Shown here: piece by piece, positions 1 through 15,553 of the stretch
How the letters are laid out: every line of letters starts with the position of its first letter
Numbering within the stretch: position 1 is the stretch's first letter
DNA from: Octopus vulgaris
Taxonomy: Eukaryota
Length of the DNA stretch: 64,000 bases
Assembly (NCBI GenBank): GCA_951406725.2
Contig: OX597822.1
Location: 10,106,001-10,170,000 of the forward strand
Direction: 5' to 3'
Notes under the pieces: model-generated
What the model was told of the DNA's origin: nothing
What the model saw: only the letters and a program-made list of their open reading frames with translations
The model's database searches: none
Translations under genes and position numbers: made by a program

Positions 1-707
1 AATAAGGATAAAAATCACGTTAATGATAATTATCAAGTAGTCAGCATGGAAATAAGCAGTTTATATATTAAATTAATAATTATATATATATATATATATA
101 TATATAATTATTTTAAGTGAGAAGGTCAAAACAAGAACTTATCTCCTCCATACTGAATTAATGTCTAAACATTACGAAGCTATCAAAAGTAAAATCCATA
201 AATACATGCAATTGAAAGTGGGCTAGTGAGAAGATATTTGAAAAGACTCCACATTAATTGTGAATTAGCTAATTTTCAGATTAAAATCTTAAATAGGTTT
301 TCTTCTATTTTTAGCACAAAATATCTAAAAATTTACGAACAAGTGTTAATACATACCCATAACAAAGTGAGTTTGCACATCTATACACAAACACTTGCAA
401 GTATAGATTCGAAAATGTCAGGTTAAAATACTCACACGACGACCACATGTATTTCTATCTAAAATAGGACCGCAGACATTGCGGGTTTTTGATGAGGAGT
501 AAAAATATTATTCTAATATTTTAATTATAATCATAAATATATTGCTCTGAAGATAGAAGAAAATCTATTTAAGATTTTAATCGTGAAATTAGGTAATTCG
601 CAATTAGTGTGGAGTATTTTTAAATATCTTCCCACTAGGCCGCTTTCAATCGAGTGTATTTATGGAGTTTTTTCGGTAGCTTCTTAATGCTTGGACATTA
701 ATTCAGT

Positions 708-1025
708 ATGGAGGAGATAAGGGTTGGCCCCTTATCTCCTCCATACTTCCTAGGCTTGGCCCCGTGTGACTTTTGCCTATTCCCAACTCTCAATAAAACA
801 CTCAAAGGGCGAAGATTTGAGTCAGCAGAAAGCATTATGCAAAATTCGACGGCACAACTCTACAGCATCCCAAAAGGGAATGTTTTCAGCAGTGGCAGGA
901 ATGCTGGCAAAAGTGTATACACTCACAAGGGGGATATTTTCAAGGAGACTAAATCAAAATTTTGAGTTTTTTTTAATATTACTTGTGTTTTGGCCAAAGA
1001 TCGGATACTTTTTGGCCACACCTTA
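708..1025 (+). mobile_element. Mariner transposase C-terminal remnant with right TIR
   Basis: ORF 708-965 has PPYFLGLAPCDFCLFP..LKGRRF, a decayed YSPDLAPxD motif. The end GATCGGATACTTTTTGGCCACACC resembles the TIR of the 57305 element. Confidence 0.8.
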
Positions 1026-1028
1026 GCA

Positions 1029-1103
<75 letters not shown>

Positions 1104-1112
1104 AATCTATCT
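1029..1112. repeat. (CTAT)n microsatellite
   Basis: Direct reading. Confidence 0.95.
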
Positions 1113-1117
1113 ATATT

Positions 1118-1294
1118 CTTTTATTTGCTTCAGTCATTTCACTGCAGCCATGTTGGAGCACCGCATTTAGTCGAAGAAATCAATCCCAGAACTTATTCTT
1201 GTAAGCCTAATACTTATTCTACCGGTCTTTTTTGCTGAACAGCTAAGTTTCGGGGACTTAAAATCAAGCGATGGCGGGACAACAAACACACACG

Positions 1295-1391
<97 letters not shown>

Positions 1392-1766
1392 GCACACACA
1401 CACATATTTATATAAAGTTAATCCAAACATGAAAACACAACAACGCGAGGACGTGGAACAAGTATAGTCTTATTGGACGCCCAGGAAAGGAAAGAAAGAA
1501 GGAGGACTTAACCTTTCGAGCGGAGCTCTCTGTCAGAAACATAGGAAAAGGAAAGATCCAAGGAAGGGAAGACGGAGGAAAAAAATAATCGCCAACGATA
1601 CACACGCGGTCACATATACAAGGGGCTTCTTTCAGTTTTCGTCCACCAAATCCACTCACAAGACCCAAGGCTATAAGAGAAGACACTTGCCCAAGGTTCC
1701 ACGCATTAGGCCTGAATCCGGAACCATGTGGTTGGAAAGCAAGGTTCGGACCATATACCTACGCCT
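1118..1766 (-). mobile_element. SINE family A, diverged, with an insertion at about 1410-1612
   Basis: Matches the 3791-4204 copy on both sides of an internal (CA)n tract plus insert. Confidence 0.8.
1410..1612 (-). mobile_element. Short hammerhead-like element nested in a SINE microsatellite
   Basis: Minus strand reads CTGACAGA GAGC TCC GCTC GAAAGGTTA, followed by a CTGGGCGTC..AATA block similar to the 20140-20420 and 22230-22475 units. Confidence 0.55.
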
Positions 1767-1920
1767 GATGTTTGTAAATATATATATAAAACCCAAATAA
1801 AATTAAAATATTAATCTCTCTCATGGTATCATGTACTCTTTCTTCCGACAATCAACACTAAACGCATATCTGTGTGTGTGTGTGTATATATATATATTTT
1901 ATATATATATATATATATAA

Positions 1921-1965
<45 letters not shown>

Positions 1966-2173
1966 AGTATGCGTGTATGTATGTCAGTGTGTGTACATAC
2001 ACACGCACACACACGCAAAGTAATATTTTAGAAATTTGGGTATTAAAATTCATCGTTAAACTCTTTTGTACTTGTAACTGATTTATGTCCCACTTATTTG
2101 TGTATCATATATACATACATGTGGTTATGGAAGCATACATAAACATATCTCCCCCCTCTCTCTCTCTCTCTCT

Positions 2174-2256
<83 letters not shown>

Positions 2257-2811
2257 TCAAATGTACTACCCCCAACTTCATCGCATATGCATGATTTCAT
2301 GAAAGCTATCTATCTAAGTTGATTAACGGAGTAATAGCAAATTACATCCGGGTACGATTTCAAAATCATTTACTCTGCTAATCTGATCGTTATCACGGCT
2401 AAGGGGGAAAGCGGATATCTTAACGCCGATAAGAATCTATATGTTAATTAGATGCGCGCGCTGTTGGTCTTGTAGGCTGGCGTCAGACTTTCCTAGTTCT
2501 TTCTTCCCAAAACCAAAATCTATCTTTAGAATAATTTCAGTATTTCCTCGATCACCAGGTGCCATTCACTCGTGGGAATAACGGAATTTTTGTTTGTTTA
2601 TTTGTCGCGAATAGATTTTAAAATTGCAGCCACTCCTCTGAACATCCGCTACTTATATCACTGCTGGCGTGTGTGTGCGCGTATGTCTGCATGTGTGTCT
2701 GTATAAATATATAAGTATGAGTCTGTGTGTGTGTGTATGTGACTACCACTCACAATTTCTCTCTATATATGCTGCGTGTGTGTACGCTTGTGTGTGTGTG
2801 TCTATGTGTGC

Positions 2812-2868
<57 letters not shown>

Positions 2869-3439
2869 AACCGTGATCCACACACACACACATATTTATT
2901 GCAAGAAATAAGAGTTAGGAGCCTTAATATTGCATGAAGAGCAACACTGACAGGGGAGATAACTACGCCATGAGAGACGCAAGAAGCCTAGACTAATTTC
3001 ATCTCAGTCTAACCAACATTATGAGTTTTGACTCTTATTTCATGCAATATAGATACTATTCAGCTTCCTCACTCACACTCACAATTAAACCCTTGATTTC
3101 ACTAAACCAGTAGTAAATTTATATGGTAAAGATATATATACTGACAAATCAATTTAGTCAAGCTATCCGAGCAATGGAGCTGGCACTGCTGACGTGTCTA
3201 CAGCTGATAGAACGAAACTACTCTAGTCCAGTGCTCTTAGCTTCGCTCATGGGACAGTTATTTCTCCTGTCAGTGTTCCCTCTCTCTCTGTCTCTCTTTC
3301 TCTCTCTCCTGCGACCTGCTGCTTCTTAAACCATTCTGTTGGCCTTCGTATCTCGACCAACATGTGTCCCCGCTACCGAAACGGTAATTATTTCTACGCC
3401 AGCTATGTTGTTGTTGTGTTTTTGTCTCATTTGGTCTAA

Positions 3440-3725
3440 AGTCGTATGACAACCACCGTTCTATATATTTTGTTTATTCATTACTGTTTTCAATTTCGTT
3501 TTCGTCTCTTGTATTCACATCCGTCTTGTGCGTTCACATTCCTGTCTTCTACCAAGAAATCTAATGCTTACAGCTTAGTTTTTTTCTTGGGGCTGGCCGA
3601 GTTGGAGCAAATATCAGAATTGAACAGCCGAAATTTGCTATGATGATTCGGTGTCTGACTGAAGATTGAAGGCTTCGAATGATTTGTCTGTGTTCCGTGT
3701 TCGTCCCTTCCTGTATTTCACGTTC
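3440..3725 (+). repeat. Dispersed repeat family C (possibly Penelope pLTR-derived)
   Basis: Inverted homology to 38590-38880 (AATCTAATGC..AGCTTAG..TTGGGGC..GCCGAAATT..GACTGAAGATTGAAG). Fragments also at 4228-4256 and 11875-11982. Confidence 0.6.
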
Positions 3726-3747
3726 ATTATATATAAAAACATTCATC

Positions 3748-3790
<43 letters not shown>

Positions 3791-3792
<2 letters not shown>

Positions 3793-4204
3793 TCTTTCTC
3801 TTTTACTTGTTTCAGTCATTTGACTGCGGCCATGCTGGAGCACCGCCTTTAGTCGAGCAACTCGACCCCAGGACTTATTCTTTTGTAAGCCCAGTACTTA
3901 TTCTATCGGTCTCTTTTGCCGAACCGCTAAGTGACGGAGACGTAAACACACCAGCATCGGTTGTCAAGCAATGCTAGGGGGACAAACACAGACACACAAA
4001 CATATACACACACATACATATATATATATATACATATATACGACAGGCTTCTTTCAGTTTCCGTCTACCAAATCCACTCACAAGGCATTGGTCGGCCCGG
4101 GGCTATAGCAGAAGACACTTGCCCAAGATGCCACGCAGAGGGACTGAACCCGGAACCATGTGGTTGGTTAGCAAGCTACTTACCACACAGCCACTCCTGC
4201 GCCT
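3791..4204 (-). mobile_element. SINE family A, full length
   Basis: tRNA-like head with A box TGGCTGTGTGG and B box GGTTCAGTCCC, CORE-like CTTGGGCAAG, internal (TA/CA)n and AAAAGAG-type tail. Many copies in the window. Confidence 0.92.
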
Positions 4205-4253
4205 AGAAATTAAATATAAAATATAGATTACAAAGTGGGACAAGAACGCAAAA

Positions 4254-4326
<73 letters not shown>

Positions 4327-4587
4327 GCGTTTCACGTAGCATTAAGGATTTTAAATCTTACATCTTGCAATATAAGTGCTATTCAGTACCCTCAGTAAGA
4401 ATTCATATAAATATGTATGTGTGTATGTATAAGCAGTATTCAAGCAGTAAAGAGCAATTAACTGAGAGCCACATACATACAGACATATATGAATATTTAC
4501 ATATACTTATATGCATATATATATATATATATGTAAGTATATATATGTATATACATATGTATATATATATTTATATATATATACATA

Positions 4588-4649
<62 letters not shown>

Positions 4650-4671
4650 TATGTTGTTTATTATGTTTATG

Positions 4672-6292
<1,621 letters not shown>

Positions 6293-6346
6293 ATACATAT
6301 ATATATATATGGATATATGTATATCTATATATCTATATTTATATCC

Positions 6347-6394
<48 letters not shown>

Positions 6395-6436
6395 GTCTAT
6401 CTATCTATCTCTCTCTCTCTCTCTCTCACTCTCTCT

Positions 6437-6473
<37 letters not shown>

Positions 6474-6552
6474 AACAGTTTGATTTAAACTCCTTGGTGC
6501 TCTGAGTTACAAGCGTGTGGCCAGATTTTGACCGTTGGGGCCTGAATCACTC

Positions 6553-6584
<32 letters not shown>

Positions 6585-8264
6585 GTGTGTGTGTGTATGT
6601 GCGCGCTTGTGTGTGTGAGTGTACACGTATATATACATGCAATATATATATGCATTTTTGAAAATTTACATCATATAATACATGTCGCACTAGAGCAGAA
6701 AAACACCACTGAAACACGTCCCAAGATAGCTTCATCTCGCTGGAGAAACTATTTAGAAGTCATAAACAGGGTATTTGATTTTAATTACACACTCTCCAGT
6801 TTCCATCATTATATAAATACATTAGTGAAGATTGCCTGAATTCTAAAAGATTGCTCTAGTGTAACTTTATAGTGAGAAACTGGAGATACTAATTCACTTT
6901 TTCTTCAAGTTCTTCAGTCCGAGGTGAAAGAGCATCACCTACGATCTTTTCCCGGACTTCGTGATTGGTGCAAGGAGGAAGTAAGGAGGTTATTCTTAGG
7001 ACAGAGTCCCCACTGGAATGTTTGCGACAGAATGGACCCTGTTAAATGCTCTAAAAGTGCAGGTTGTTTTGTGAAACCGGGAGACAGCAATACATTCCAA
7101 AAAAGAAAAAAAAAATGGAAATACGCACAAAGCCACGAAGAGGACACTGAAGTCCATCTTGATTCAAACAAATCAAGTTCTTAACTTGTAAGAAACGAAC
7201 GAAAGAAATCAAATGAACCTTTCTAAATGCTATAGACGTACACATAACCGTTGACCCTTTGGCATTCAGCGTTTACGTTTAACGTAACCGCTGTCATACA
7301 GGACCATGGTGGATCAGCAGTTAGCATTCGTATAGAACAAGAGGAAGGATTGGTACAAGAATTTCTGAATTTAAAATTCAATAATGAATGAGGTACAAAA
7401 CGTTTGATATTACGACGGACAATTTATGTTATGATGTTTGAATTATTATTTTTTTTATTTAAAATAAAAACATAGATTCGAAAAAGCTCTTGTTAAAAAA
7501 AAAAAGTTGTAGTTTTGCCTTTCGCACATGGCATAAATACACACAGAAACACATATAAAGGAGACATGGAGAGAGAGACAGATAGACAGACCAATAGTAA
7601 ATGGTGTGATACATTAAGATAAGCGTTTGTGTTTATTTGTATATGTACTGAGAAAGAAAGAGAAAGAGTGAGAGACAGAAGCAGAGAGAGAGAGAGAGAA
7701 AGAGAGAGTAGTCTGTCAAATTTTGCTTTATAATATGTGTGTATGTGTGTATGTGTGTACACACACACACACTCATACTCACATATATATACACATAGGT
7801 ACACGCATGTATATATTTCTAGTCTCATATAAGCAGTTCTTTGCTACGCAGCCACCACACAACCTTGCGAACTGCGTCGCCAGTTTTTGTCCTTGATCTA
7901 AAGGCAAAACAAGATGGAGCCAACACTTCCCTTACCCACCATTTTTTTTATGTTCTCCTTTGTGAGTTTCTAAATGCAATGCAACCGTGTATATTCTATG
8001 GTAAGACTTGCTTATTCTTTGCGGAATAGTTTAGGTGTTTAAAGCACGTTTGAATGATTGTTTCCTGAAAATGTCAAGACAAAATGTCGCCCATCTGATA
8101 AAAGTAAAGGAGATTGTTGTGGTTGTGATTGTTGTTGTTGTTATTTAACCCCAGGCAAGGTATAATCGACTAGTCTTGTAGTCAAATTACAATCGTTTCT
8201 GCTATGGCCACTCCGTGATTTTGTTATTTATTGGATCAAAGAAGGTGACATTCAATGTGTCTTA

Positions 8265-8445
8265 CAATTCGCCTTTATGCTCTGAGTTCAAATCCCGTTG
8301 GGGTCGACTTTGCCATTCCTCCTTTCGGGGTCGATGAAGTATCTATTAATCACTGGTCGATATAATCGACTTACCCTATCTCCCCACACAAAACAAACAA
8401 ACAAAACAACAAAAAACCGCTGGCCTTGTACCAAAATTTGAAAAC
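8265..8445 (+). mobile_element. SINE-like family B, diverged
   Basis: CTGAGTTCAAATCCCG..GGTCGACTTTGCC..CTTTCGGGGTCGAT matches the 18708 copy. Confidence 0.7.
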
Positions 8446-8499
8446 AATGTATCCTATATCTTTTGGCACAAATCGATTTATAGATAACATATGCAGCAG

Positions 8500-9360
8500 T
8501 TTAATTCTTCTTTCAAGCACCCTTGCCTTAATAAATTACAGGTATTTAAAACATACCATTTTCTTCAGTATTTTGAGGTACTTTTAGGTCAGTAAATTAC
8601 TGGTACTTAAACTAGTCATTGTTATTCATAAGTGATGTACCCTTATGCCATTATATTACGGGTACTTAAAACATTCATTTTATTAAAAATATCAATTTTA
8701 TTTGAGTTCCCTTTCTCAGTACCAAGTATCTTTACTTAAATTATTCCCTTGTTTTTGCTTCTGCTTTGAAGTACCCTTTGCTCAGTTGATCACGGGTAGT
8801 TAAAATATTCATATTTATTATTATTGAAGTAGAATAACTGCAAATGTTACAGTCCTAAAGCTGTAGCAATCCTGGGGCACCGCTTTGCGGGGTTTAAGAC
8901 TAACAAATCTACCCCAGTACTTTTTTCGCCAGGCACTTAGCCTGACGGCCTCTTTTACCAAACAGTTAGGTAACGGAAACTTAAACAAGACAGCGCCTGA
9001 TGTCAAGAGATATTGAGGGATAAACACAAATATATGTATATAGATATATATGTGAGGCTTCTGCACAGTTTCCGTCAATCAAGTTCACTCGTAAATCATT
9101 GATTGCCCCAAGGCTAAAGCAGAAGGTACTTGCCCAAGGTGAGGGCTTGTGGCACTAAAGTCAAAACCAAGTAGTTCCAAAGCAACCCTATTAGCATTTC
9201 TAGGCCAATATCTGTGGTAACCCTAGCTCAGGAAATTACTGGTACTTATTATTGTTTGAGATACTGTACCTTTATCTCAGTAAGTTACGGGTAGCCGAAT
9301 ACAAACTAATCGTTTTACTGTTATTCTTTGAGGTGCATTTCTCTCCGTAAATTACAGATT
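8500..9360. repeat. Degenerate ~60-65 bp tandem repeat interrupted by an old SINE A (about 8838-9190)
   Basis: Recurring (GTA)CCCTT..AAATTAC(G/A)GGTACTTAAAAC unit near 8520, 8580, 8640, 8710, 8775, 9220 and 9265. Confidence 0.55.
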
Positions 9361-9415
9361 CGGTAAAGTGATAGCAGGGATGCTTTGCAGTAAACGTTCA
9401 TACATACATATACAT

Positions 9416-9456
<41 letters not shown>

Positions 9457-9469
9457 AGAGTGTGTGTGA

Positions 9470-9527
<58 letters not shown>

Positions 9528-9719
9528 TAAGACGGGATAGTTTATATCTGGTAGTTTATTGGTACAGCACGGTCACTTTCACAGGGTTCGTTATGTAAAT
9601 GGTAAATGGTAGAATTTCTCGTAAATTCAAGCTTCCTTCTTTCATATACCATGTATATGTGTCTGTGTGCATGTGTGTGTGCGAGCGTGTGGTGTGTATG
9701 TGTGATAGTAGAAAAAGAG

Positions 9720-9890
<171 letters not shown>

Positions 9891-9894
9891 AATC

Positions 9895-10468
9895 TTTGAT
9901 CACAGAACTTGAGGCGATCCAACGAAGCTACACGAAGAAGATATCCTCTGTGCAGCATATAAGCTACTGGGAAATACTCAAGAGATTAAAACTCTATTCC
10001 TTGGAGCGTAGGCGAGAAAGAAATGCCATAATATACATCTGGAAGATCCTAGAAGGACTTGTCCCAAACTTTGGCATCGAGAGTTACACAAATGCCAGAA
10101 CTGGGCGCCACTGCGTGGTGCCAAGGACTCAAATTTGCCATCAAGATGTAGGACAAGATACTGTGATAGCCTGGGCTTCAGAGGCTCACAGCTCTTCAAT
10201 ATCCTCCCGAAGAACCTGAGGGACCTGCATGGGGTGGATGCGGATGTCTTTAAAGTAGGACTGGATCTCTTCCTGTCAGGTGTCCCGGATGAACCAACTT
10301 CACGGCAGGAGGTGCAGATGAGGGCAGCTGCGTCGAACTCTCTCATGCACCAAATGGCAGTTGCTAAAAGCATTCGTGAAGTAAAATCACGTAGCAACAC
10401 CAAATGGCGGTGCCCCAGCATGGCCACAGCTCGTGAGCTGAAACTAGATAAAAAAAAAAAAATAAAAT
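9895..10468 (+). mobile_element. CR1-like LINE family A 3' fragment with A-rich tail
   Basis: Near-identical inverted copy of about 4672-5230 (LEAIQRSYTKKI, LYSLERRRER, VPDEPT). Confidence 0.93.
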
Positions 10469-10691
10469 AATATATATTTGAAAAAATGAATAGAATTATT
10501 TGATAATTCTTCAGCTTTAATAATTAAATGTTTAATGTGAGGAAATTATCAGAAAAGCCATTTCTGTTCATTTTTCAAATACAAACATACAACACGCACG
10601 CAGAAACACACACACAAAAACATACAAACACAAGCATACACACAAATATTTTAATAAACATACGAACATATACTAAATACACAAACTCGAA

Positions 10692-10854
10692 AGGCGCAGG
10701 AGTGGCTGTGTGGTAAGTAGCTTGCTTACCACCACATGGTTCCGGGTTCAGTCCCACTGCGTGGCATCTTGGGCAAGTGTCTTCTACTATAGCCCCGGGC
10801 CGACCAATGCCTTGTGAGTGGATTTGGTAGACGGAAACTGAAAGAAGCCTGTCG

Positions 10855-10897
<43 letters not shown>

Positions 10898-11115
10898 TTG
10901 TGTGTCTGTGTTTGTCTCTCTAGTATTTCTTGACAACCGATGCTGGTGTGTTTACGTCCCCGTCATTAGCGGTTCGGAAAAAGAGACCGATAGAATAAGT
11001 ACTGGGCTTACAAAGAATAAGTCCCGGGATCGATTTGCTCGACTAAAGGCGGTGCTCCAGCATGGCCACAGTCAAATGACTGAAACAAGTAAAAGAGTAA
11101 AAGAGTAAAGAGTAA
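10692..11115 (+). mobile_element. SINE family A, full length
   Basis: AGGCGCAGGAGTGGCTGTGTGG head through to (AAAAGAGT)n tail. Confidence 0.92.
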
Positions 11116-11190
11116 TGGAAAACACAGTTGGTCAACTGAATGCCAAGCGCAATTTTGTTCATTATCGATAGAATATATATATATATATAT

Positions 11191-11618
11191 AAGGAAAATA
11201 AGACAAGATAGAAAATGCTAAAATAATTTTATCATGAAGAACATTTTAGTACCGGTTTCAGGCTTTGCGACTTTTTAAACTTAGAGTAAAGCATGAAAAA
11301 CAATTAAATTGTGGAAAAATAAAATTAAATGTTTTTTAAAGATATTTCCACAGTTTTAAAATACAAGGGGCATTTTCCATTTTTCTGTCGGTCTCTCTAT
11401 CTTTTTTACTTTTGTAAAACAAAAAGGAGTAAACAAGGGAGACAGATAGACAGTACAAAGGAAAGTGTCCTTTGTATTTTAAAAAAAGGCATTTCATTAA
11501 ATTTAATTGTTTATCATGCTTTACTCTGAGTTGATAAATTCGCAAAGGCTGAAACTGGTACTAAAATATTTTTCATGATAAAATTATTTTAGCATTTTCT
11601 ACCTTGTCTTATTTCCCT
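11191..11618. repeat. Diverged fold-back inverted repeat, arms about 200-230 bp
   Basis: AAGGAAAATAAGACAAGATAGAAAATGCTAAAATAATTTTATCATGAA at left pairs with TTCATGATAAAATTATTTTAGCATTTTCTACCTTGTCTTATTTCCCTT at right; centre near 11420. Confidence 0.85.
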
Positions 11619-11653
11619 TATACACAGCAACTTGTGTGTCACTTTTCAACCTT

Positions 11654-11739
<86 letters not shown>

Positions 11740-11742
11740 ACA

Positions 11743-11818
<76 letters not shown>

Positions 11819-11821
11819 GTG

Positions 11822-11856
<35 letters not shown>

Positions 11857-11980
11857 GTACAGAAATTAAATATAAATTACAAAATGGGACAAGAACGCAA
11901 AAACACACAAAGAGACGACACAAAAAAGACAGAAGCATCTAATCTTCAGTCGAGAACCGTATCATCTTAGCAATTTCGGC

Positions 11981-12048
<68 letters not shown>

Positions 12049-12072
12049 AAATATATATGTATGTATATATAT

Positions 12073-12285
12073 ACTCTTTTTTTACTCTTTTACTTGTTTC
12101 AGTCATTTGTCTGCGGCCATGCTGGAGCACCGCCTTTAATCGAGCAACTCGACCCCGGGACTTATTCTTTTGTAAGCCCAGAACTTATTCTATCGGTCTC
12201 TTTTGCCGAACCGCTAAGTAACGGAGACATAAACACACCAGCATCGGTTGTCAAGCAATGCTAGGGGACAAGCACTGACACACAA

Positions 12286-12340
<55 letters not shown>

Positions 12341-12503
12341 GATACGGCAGGCTTCTTTCAGTTTCCTTCTACCAAATCCACTCACAAGGCTTTGGTCGGC
12401 CCGAGGCTATAGTAGAAGACACTTGCCTAAGGTGCCACGCAGTGGGACTGAACCCGGAACCATGTGGTTGGCTAGCAAGCTACTTACCACACAGCCACTC
12501 CTG
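12073..12503 (-). mobile_element. SINE family A
   Basis: Matches the other family A copies. Confidence 0.92.
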
Positions 12504-12706
12504 ATAGATATTTTCTTACTCGCATACCCGGCAACCTCTGTCGCCTACAGTGAAATAGAAAAAGAACTTTTCAGTTTATCGTACTTCGATACGAATAAGT
12601 CCTCAACCTTCCGTCTCAGTAAACCATTATAGTCCCTAAGACTTGTGTTTTTATTTACTACGGGTTGCTTGAAGCTAAATTTCTTCCTATACCTCGATCC
12701 TTGGAC

Positions 12707-12752
<46 letters not shown>

Positions 12753-12825
12753 TAAAAACAAAAGAAAGAAAGACACCTCAATATTATGTAAATATAGGAA
12801 ATTTATCTATAAAATAATATGTTAC

Positions 12826-12956
12826 TCAATAGTCAAGATAAAACTCTGAGTTTCAGATGCCGAAGTGGAAAACCACAACACCATCTCTTCGGTTATCTGG
12901 CCAGATAACCGAAGAGATGGTGTTGTGGTTTTCCACTTCGGCATCTTGACTATTGA
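12826..12956. repeat. Perfect palindrome with 46-bp arms (12855-12946, no spacer) plus outer arms
   Basis: AGATGCCGAAG..TTATCTGG|CCAGATAA..CTTCGGCATCT; outer pair TCAATAGTCAAGAT / ATCTTGACTATTGA. Confidence 0.95.
12836..12898 (-). ncRNA. Hammerhead-like motif, U4-to-C variant
   Basis: AGAUAA|CCGAAGA|GAUG..CAUC U GAAA CUC A GAG UU|UUAUCU; all three stems can pair. Confidence 0.55.
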
Positions 12957-12971
12957 ATAATTATAACATAT

Positions 12972-13030
<59 letters not shown>

Positions 13031-13135
13031 CATATATATGTATATCTGTATGTATGTATATATGTATACATATATATGAAGGTATGTAGGTGTATATAAA
13101 TGTATATATACAGAGAAATACAGATAGATACATGC

Positions 13136-13168
<33 letters not shown>

Positions 13169-13930
13169 TGTCATATATGAGTGTGTGCTCGCGCGGATGT
13201 GCGTGCATACCCATTTCTGTAGGTTCCCGCTTGAAAATTGACATTGCTTTTTTTATATCCCTGTAACATTGGCGATTCGGCAAAAATTACCGATAGAATA
13301 AATGCTACATATAAAAAAAAAATAACTATTAGAATAGATTTATTGACTAAACCATTCAAGGCGATGTCCCAGAATGGCTGCAGTCCAATGATCAAAGCAA
13401 GTAAATGCTAAACGATGTAAGAGATATACCATTATCGAAACTTTACCATTCTACCATTCAACACCAGCTGCTAGGCAGTGGGTGATGAAAACTATCGGCA
13501 AATCTCATACTTAAAAATTTATACATTTGTCAACATTGCCAAGAATTCTATTACAGAACAGTAAAAGTTATAAAAACTGAAATTCCTTTCATCTCAATAG
13601 CAGACCATTTGATGTTTTTTTAAAAAAAAAACAAGATAAAATTTCGATGACGCAACTTCGGATTTCATTGAAAGTAAATTAAATATGGCCAACGAAATAA
13701 AAGAAAAATAATGAGATTTAAATTATAGTCGACTCCCAAACAAACATGCTAATTAATTATGTTTGTTTGGACGCTCACGCTCTCTCCCTTATACACACAC
13801 ATACAGACACACACACATACACAAACACAGATACACACATATACACAGACACAGATACACATATAAACACACACACACACTCAAAAACACAGTGTGTATA
13901 CATATATATACATATATATATATACATATA

Positions 13931-13966
<36 letters not shown>

Positions 13967-14159
13967 CACATACAAACATACATACATGCGTGTGTGCATG
14001 AATATGTGTGTGTATATATGCAAATCTCAATAATTGTATGCATATATACATACAGATATACTAACAAAAGTTACGTAAATATAAAAATTACACTTATATA
14101 TATACTGTTTTATATATATACACACGCAAACACACACACGCACATATATATACACACAT

Positions 14160-14190
<31 letters not shown>

Positions 14191-14210
14191 CATACATATG
14201 TATATATATA

Positions 14211-14254
<44 letters not shown>

Positions 14255-14650
14255 GATGCATGTATATATAAACACTTTGTGTGTACATAAATGTATATGT
14301 ATATATATATATTCGCATGTTTATAACTCCATATGTATGAGTCTATATTAACTAAATAAATGGATATATATATGTGTGTGTGTGTGCGTGTGCATGCATG
14401 CATGCGCGTGTGTGTGTGTTTGTGCTCGTGTAGCATGTGACTTGATCTGAGACCATGTGTTGAGATCGTATCATTCATACAACGAAAGTCCTTTCATTCC
14501 TCTAATGACATTTAACACTTTAAAAATTCACTTTTTGTTGAAATGTCTAAATTTTCGTGGCACCTCTGCATCGTTTTTACTGCCTCAAATGATATTTACG
14601 TCTTTTGTTTTGTTTTCCTCCGGTGCATATATTATTACATGTACGTAAGT

Positions 14651-15038
14651 GGAGGCGCAATGGCCCAGTGGTTAGGGCAGCGGACTTGCGGTCATAGGAT
14701 CGCGGTTTCGATTCCCAGACCGGACGTTGTGAGTGTTTATTGAGCGAAAACACCTAAAAGCTCCACGAGGTTCCGGCAGGGGATGGTGGTGATCCCTGCT
14801 GTACTCTTTCACCACAACTTTCTCTCACTCTACCACTTCCTGTTTCTGTTGTACCTGTATTTCAAAAGGCCGGCCTTGTCACTCTCTGTGTCACGCTGAA
14901 TATCCCCGAGAGCTACGTTAAGGGTACACGTGTCTGTGGAGTTGTCAGCCACTTACACGTTAATTTCACGAGCAGGCTGTTCCTTTGATTCGGGTCAACC
15001 GGAACCCTCATCGTCGTAACCGACGGAGTGCTTCCACC
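14651..15038 (+). mobile_element. tRNA-derived SINE family D, tail type 1
   Basis: GGAGGCGCAATGGCCCAGTGGTTAGGGCAGCGGAC..GGTTTCGATTCC head with A and B boxes, shared with the 34817 copy. Confidence 0.85.
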
Positions 15039-15260
15039 ACATGTACGTAGCTGTGTGATAAGAAGTTCTCTTCTCTTCTTAACAACATGGTCCCGGGTTC
15101 AATCCTACTGCTTGGCTCCGTGGATAATTGTTTCCTACTATTGCCTCGGTCCGAGTAAAATCCTGTAAGTGGATTTGGTTGACAGAAACAGAATGAAGAC
15201 CGGTGTATACAGACATACATACGTACATAAGTTTTATATGCATGTATATATGTATATATA

Positions 15261-15388
15261 GCAAAACTGACAACAAAACTAGGGCAGGACGAGTCTCAGT
15301 TCATTGGGAATATTTAATTACAATATTCTAATTATCTATTCTAAATGACTTGAGATACTCTCCCTGCCTCGGTTTTGTTGTCCATTTT

Positions 15389-15390
<2 letters not shown>
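15261..15390. repeat. Diverged fold-back between (TA)n tracts
   Basis: GACAACAAAACTAGGGCAGG..TCTCAGTTCATT versus AATGACTTGAGA..CCTGCCTCGGTTTTGTTGTC. Confidence 0.7.
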
Positions 15391-15442
<52 letters not shown>

Positions 15443-15486
15443 AATATATATAATATATATAATATATATAATATATAATATATATA

Positions 15487-15553
<67 letters not shown>

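Noticed and set aside
6900-7400. Unique, more GC-balanced stretch as a coding exon
   Set aside because: Short ORFs with no recognisable motif or convincing splice sites
14651-14725. tRNA gene
   Set aside because: A and B boxes continue into a SINE body; no complete cloverleaf or terminator seen
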